Shown: piece by piece, positions 56,075 through 59,448 of the stretch
How the letters are laid out: every line of letters begins with the position of its first letter
How positions within the stretch are numbered: the first letter of the stretch is position 1
IMG/VR virus record: IMGVR_UViG_3300045988_164453
Length of the DNA: 59,448 nt
From: a virus
Strand: one strand, 5' to 3'
Position numbers and translations under genes: made by a program
The notes under the pieces: generated by a model
Told to the model about the DNA's origin: nothing
Databases searched by the model: none
The model's input: only the letters and a program-made list of their open reading frames with translations

Positions 56075-56398
56075 TTAGATATTTATAAATTTAAAGTTAA
56101 AATCAAATGCATTTAATTTTTCAACATTCCCTTTCGTGTCTTCTACAATTGCATATAATTCATTTTCAGATTCAAACCACTTATGAAAATAAGCTATGAA
56201 ACTTTTATTATTAGGCGTATCGCTATCAAGCTCTCTATAACGATTTATTTCTATTACTTCAACTTTTCTTAGTCCATGTTCTTTATAGACATCTTCTTTA
56301 TAAATAAAACATTTTCCATTTTTATCTATACTTTCCAACCCTACTTTTTTGCAAAATTCATATATTTCATATTTACAAGTATTGCATATATTTTTCAT
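56075..56398 (-). CDS. Hypothetical protein (107 aa)
   Basis: ORF in the early operon. Confidence 0.5.
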   Translation of the reverse strand: MKNICNTCKYEIYEFCKKVGLESIDKNGKCFIYKEDVYKEHGLRKVEVIEINRYRELDSDTPNNKSFIAYFHKWFESENELYAIVEDTKGNVEKLNAFDFNFKFINI

Positions 56399-56548
56399 TT
56401 ATTTATCCTCCTTATCATCTAAGTTGTATATCTTTTTTTCAATTTTCTTAATAATTTTTTCTAATTTGATATTCTTTTCTCTTTCTGCTAGGGCGATTCT
56501 CTGCCAGTACTCTATTTGGCTTTGTAAATGTTTAATATAGTCTTGCAT
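56399..56548 (-). CDS. Hypothetical coiled-coil protein (49 aa)
   Basis: MQDYIKHLQSQIEYWQRIALAEREKN...; its stop abuts the next ATG. Confidence 0.4.
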   Translation of the reverse strand: MQDYIKHLQSQIEYWQRIALAEREKNIKLEKIIKKIEKKIYNLDDKEDK

Positions 56549-56605
56549 TATATAACCCCCTTTAATATTCACTCGCATCCATTTGGACCTCAGTTAAAAC
56601 TTGCA

Positions 56606-57370
56606 TTACTTATTTTCTAATTCTTCCAATAATTTTTCTAATATCTTTCTTTGTCCTTTTCCGGTAACGCGTGTAACATGGAATGTAAATACTCCTTTAG
56701 AACTTTCTCTAGTCCCTTCTCTTACTTCTAAGTATCCATGTATTATCGCTTCTTGCTTAGCTTCTGTACTATTCTTAAATATCCAGCCCCAATCTCTAAG
56801 CTTTTGGTACAATTTCTTTTCTCCTATAACTATGCCATGGTGATTACTTAGTATCTTTGCTACTTCCCTAACCAATAAGGAATTTTTACTAGCAGATATT
56901 TGGTTCAGCATCTTACTATTTTTCTCTAGCTTGTCCTCTAGTTGTTTAGATTTTTCTTGTTCCTCTTTTAACTTAGTTGCTAACTGTATAAGAAAATCTG
57001 GACTAGTTAATGCTTTTTCTATTGTATTCTCTGTCATATAAGCTCCATGTTTTCTTATAGAAGGTAAAACCTCATCAAATATCCATCTTTCAAACTTTTC
57101 TGCATTTGGTAATTTACTGCCTATTATTAATCTGTATATGTCACCTTCTGGTATTATATTTGTCATTCTCATTTGTCCTCTTGAATTTTCAACCTCGTAT
57201 TTTACGATGTTCATGCACTTTGTGTTTACTGCATCAGTTGGGTTTTTATATCCTAATGCTTTTGCTACGTCATTTGCTACTGCATATGTTTTTTCTTTTA
57301 TTTCTAATACTCTTATTTCTCCAAATTCATTATTACTAAATGTTTTATAACTTAAATATAAATCACTCAT
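56606..57370 (-). CDS. BRO-N plus KilAC antirepressor
   Basis: FGEIRVLEIKEKTYAVANDVAKALGY...AEKFERWIFDEVLPSIRKHGAYM; C-terminal VREVAKIL...HGYLEV...VTGKGQ. Confidence 0.75.
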   Translation of the reverse strand: MSDLYLSYKTFSNNEFGEIRVLEIKEKTYAVANDVAKALGYKNPTDAVNTKCMNIVKYEVENSRGQMRMTNIIPEGDIYRLIIGSKLPNAEKFERWIFDEVLPSIRKHGAYMTENTIEKALTSPDFLIQLATKLKEEQEKSKQLEDKLEKNSKMLNQISASKNSLLVREVAKILSNHHGIVIGEKKLYQKLRDWGWIFKNSTEAKQEAIIHGYLEVREGTRESSKGVFTFHVTRVTGKGQRKILEKLLEELENK

Positions 57371-57383
57371 AAATTACTCCCCC

Positions 57384-57500
57384 TTAGAATAAATCTTTGT
57401 ATTTGTTTCTCCATTCTAGAAATGCTGCTACAGTATTTTCATATCCAAAATACTTAACTAAGTAGTAGTATGCTTGTACTGCTTGTCCGCTTTCTTTCAT
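57384..57500 (-). CDS. Hypothetical small protein (38 aa)
   Basis: TAAGGAGGTG RBS; MKESGQAVQAYYYLVKYFGYENTVAAFLEWRNKYKDLF. Confidence 0.4.
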   Translation of the reverse strand: MKESGQAVQAYYYLVKYFGYENTVAAFLEWRNKYKDLF

Positions 57501-57586
57501 GATTTGTTCACCTCCTTAAATTTTTCTTGAAAATTTATCTTTTGTTTATTTCGATAAACTCTTTAACTGTAAGGTTTGGTAATAAC

Positions 57587-57781
57587 TTAGATAGTACTTT
57601 TAGTTCCTCCAGAGATATTTTTATTTTCATCTTTTGTTACCCCCTTCTTATATTCATATAAAACTAAGTTGTAACAAGCTTCTGCGATGTTTTTAAATAC
57701 TCTATCCTGTTCTTCTTTACTACGATTTGAAAATGATATCTTTACTTTTGCTATATCATTTTCGTAATATCTATTGTTCAT
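57587..57781 (-). CDS. Hypothetical protein (64 aa)
   Basis: ORF in the early operon. Confidence 0.5.
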   Translation of the reverse strand: MNNRYYENDIAKVKISFSNRSKEEQDRVFKNIAEACYNLVLYEYKKGVTKDENKNISGGTKSTI

Positions 57782-57843
57782 AAATTCACCCCTTAAAATT
57801 TTATGAATAGATAAAATTGTCCTATGTGTCTAATATATGCATA

Positions 57844-58062
57844 TTAATAATTAGACAATTTGTCTAAACTATCATTAAAAAAAATGTCATCTATATCTGC
57901 TTCTGGATATGCTTTTTTAAATTTTGTTAAGAAATTATAACTGGGTTTTCTTTGACATGATTCTATTTTATAGTATGTGTCATAGCCTAACCCTAGTTCT
58001 TTAGCAAATTCTACTATGCTTTTATTTTTACTATGTCTGAAAGCTATTAGTTTATCAGTCAT
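57844..58062 (-). CDS. Cro-like XRE-family HTH regulator
   Basis: SIVEFAKELGLGYDTYYKIESCQRKPS; divergent from the CI-like gene. Confidence 0.7.
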   Translation of the reverse strand: MTDKLIAFRHSKNKSIVEFAKELGLGYDTYYKIESCQRKPSYNFLTKFKKAYPEADIDDIFFNDSLDKLSNY

Positions 58063-58108
58063 TGTTTTTCACCTTCTTTCTTTGGACAAGTTATTTATTT
58101 ATACTTAG

Positions 58109-58137
58109 AGTATATTATCCAAATTGTATAATGTCAA
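58109..58137 (-). promoter_or_regulatory. Early (Cro-side) promoter
   Basis: Minus strand TTGACA-N17-TATACT. Confidence 0.6.
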
Positions 58138-58189
58138 GCTTTTTTATACAGATTGTATAAAAATATTTTAAATTATACACTTTGTGGTA
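58115..58189. promoter_or_regulatory. Three 17-bp operator-like palindromes spaced 29 bp centre to centre
   Basis: TTATCCA-AAT-TGTATAA (58115-58131), perfect TTATACA-GAT-TGTATAA (58144-58160) and degenerate TTATACA-CTT-TGTGGTA (58173-58189). Confidence 0.55.
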
Positions 58190-58193
58190 TAAT
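58185..58193 (+). promoter_or_regulatory. Extended -10 element of the repressor-side promoter
   Basis: TGGTATAAT located 45 nt upstream of the CI-like ATG. Confidence 0.5.
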
Positions 58194-58237
58194 CGTGTAT
58201 ATATAGGGATATCGATTTATGTCGGTGAGGAGGATTT

Positions 58238-58570
58238 ATGAGTACAGGAGATAAAATTTTAAAATTAATGGATGATAAAAACATGTCCAGATTAGAATTA
58301 TCAAAAGCTCTTAATATTAATTATCAAACATTATGTAAATATCTTCAAAATAAGAGATCTATACCCGGAGATATATTAATAAATATAGCTAATTACTTTA
58401 ATGTAACTTTAGATTACTTGCTGGATAGAGAAGAAATATCATTTATGAAACATACAGAACATGCTCATATCGAGTGGGCCAATGAAATAAACAAATTAGA
58501 TGAAAAAGATAAAGAATTAGTAAAAAAATTAATAATAAGTCTAAACAATAAAAATAAAAAAGACAAATAA
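58238..58570 (+). CDS. CI-like XRE-family repressor
   Basis: MSRLELSKALNINYQTLCKYLQNKRSIPGDILINIANYFNVTLDYLL; GAGGAGG RBS. Confidence 0.75.
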   Translation: MSTGDKILKLMDDKNMSRLELSKALNINYQTLCKYLQNKRSIPGDILINIANYFNVTLDYLLDREEISFMKHTEHAHIEWANEINKLDEKDKELVKKLIISLNNKNKKDK

Positions 58571-58589
58571 GATATTAATCTATTTGTCT
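58561..58589. terminator. Bidirectional terminator
   Basis: AGACAAATA-N11-TATTTGTCT flanked by an A-run and a T-run. Confidence 0.65.
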
Positions 58590-58691
58590 TAATTTTTTTA
58601 TCAATTCAATTATCAAATTATATGCTTCTTTGTCTATTTTATATAATTTCTCAAGTTCTTTTGCAAGTTCTAATATCTCGTTGTTATCCAT
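58575..58691 (-). CDS. Hypothetical small protein (38 aa), convergent with the repressor gene
   Basis: GAAGGAGGA RBS; MDNNEILELAKELEKLYKIDKEAYNLIIELIKKLRQID. Confidence 0.4.
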   Translation of the reverse strand: MDNNEILELAKELEKLYKIDKEAYNLIIELIKKLRQID

Positions 58692-58826
58692 ATATCCTCC
58701 TTCTACCTATATTTATCATTTAATTTATATATTTCTATTTATATTATAGGGCAATAAATATAACTGATAGTTATATTTATAGAAAAATTATGACAATTTA
58801 TTAAAACATTTAAGGAGATTTATAAT

Positions 58827-59066
58827 ATGAATATAATTAGAAATACAAGACTAAAGAAAAAAATAACTCAAAAGCAATTGGCTGAGATGATAGGAGTTTC
58901 TCAAGCCTATATTTCAAAAATAGAAAGTGATGAATTTGTTAATGTCACTTTAATTGAAATAATAAAATTAAGTAAAGCACTATCAATTAATGAACTGGAA
59001 GTTGCTAAATATTTTCTAAATAAATACAATAATTATAAATATGAATTTGGGGGAGAAATAGCATAA
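58827..59066 (+). CDS. Second XRE-family HTH protein, translationally coupled to the recombinase
   Basis: ITQKQLAEMIGVSQAYISKIESDE; TAATG overlap with the recombinase start. Confidence 0.7.
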   Translation: MNIIRNTRLKKKITQKQLAEMIGVSQAYISKIESDEFVNVTLIEIIKLSKALSINELEVAKYFLNKYNNYKYEFGGEIA

Positions 59067-59448
59067 TGAAAGTATGTATGTATCTTAGAAAATCAAGACA
59101 AGATGAAGAATTAGAGAAAAAAGAAAATACTGATACTCTGTCTCGACATAGAAGCGCATTGTTAGCACTTGCAAGAAAACAACATTTAGATATTATTGAA
59201 GTTCATGAAGAAATAGTATCCGGAGGAAGTATAGTATCGAGGCCTAAAATGATGAAGTTATTAGAAGAAGTTAGAAATAATATGTATGATGCTGTACTAT
59301 GTATGGATTTGGATCGTTTAGGCCGTGGAGGAATGCAGGACCAAGGATTAATCTTAGATACTTTTAAAGAAACTAACACTTTAATTATTACTCCAGATAA
59401 AACTTATGATCTAAATAATGAACTCGATGAAGAGATGACTGAATTTAA
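59066..59448 (+). CDS. Large serine recombinase, N-terminal resolvase/invertase catalytic domain (runs off the window end, continues at nt 1)
   Basis: MKVCMYLRKSRQDE with Ser10 as nucleophile; VLCMDLDRLGRG. Confidence 0.9.
   Translation, partial: MKVCMYLRKSRQDEELEKKENTDTLSRHRSALLALARKQHLDIIEVHEEIVSGGSIVSRPKMMKLLEEVRNNMYDAVLCMDLDRLGRGGMQDQGLILDTFKETNTLIITPDKTYDLNNELDEEMTEF
59394..59448. repeat. Terminal overlap partner of nt 1-55
   Basis: Identical 55-mer. Confidence 0.95.

Overview
This window is a complete, circularly closed phage genome with a true length of 59,393 bp; nt 1-55 are identical to nt 59394-59448. The phage is temperate, very AT-rich and contractile-tailed, with PBSX/Xkd-type tail and baseplate genes. 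The host is evidently a Clostridium-like spore-forming Firmicute. Layout, in order: (1) a 504-aa large serine recombinase spanning the window junction, with a candidate attP palindrome just downstream; (2) two self-contained accessory operons on the minus strand, one carrying an SNF2 helicase, a PAPS-reductase/IbrA-like protein and a ParB/IbrB-like protein plus three small proteins, the other carrying two small membrane proteins and an FtsK/HerA/VirB4-type ATPase; (3) a plus-strand moron island with an RHH protein, an antirepressor, an HNH nuclease with a repeat array, and a membrane protein; (4) a lysis cassette; (5) two glycosidase-bearing tail fibres (GH2 and GH16); (6) baseplate, tape measure, a -1 frameshifted chaperone, tube, sheath, head genes, portal and terminase; (7) a ~650-nt structured non-coding leader; (8) an early region with two sigma-like factors, MazG, a ThyX-like protein, a Spo0E-like peptide, VRR-NUC, DnaC/DnaD-like proteins, RecT and an antirepressor; (9) a CI/Cro-type switch with three 17-bp operators. 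Two group I introns interrupt structural genes. One is in the tail tube gene and carries a nuclease ORF. The other is ORF-less and sits in the HK97-gp10-like head-tail gene. They explain two apparently truncated ORFs in the track. No rRNA, tRNA or CRISPR array was seen. All homology calls rest on motif recognition by eye, not on database searches.
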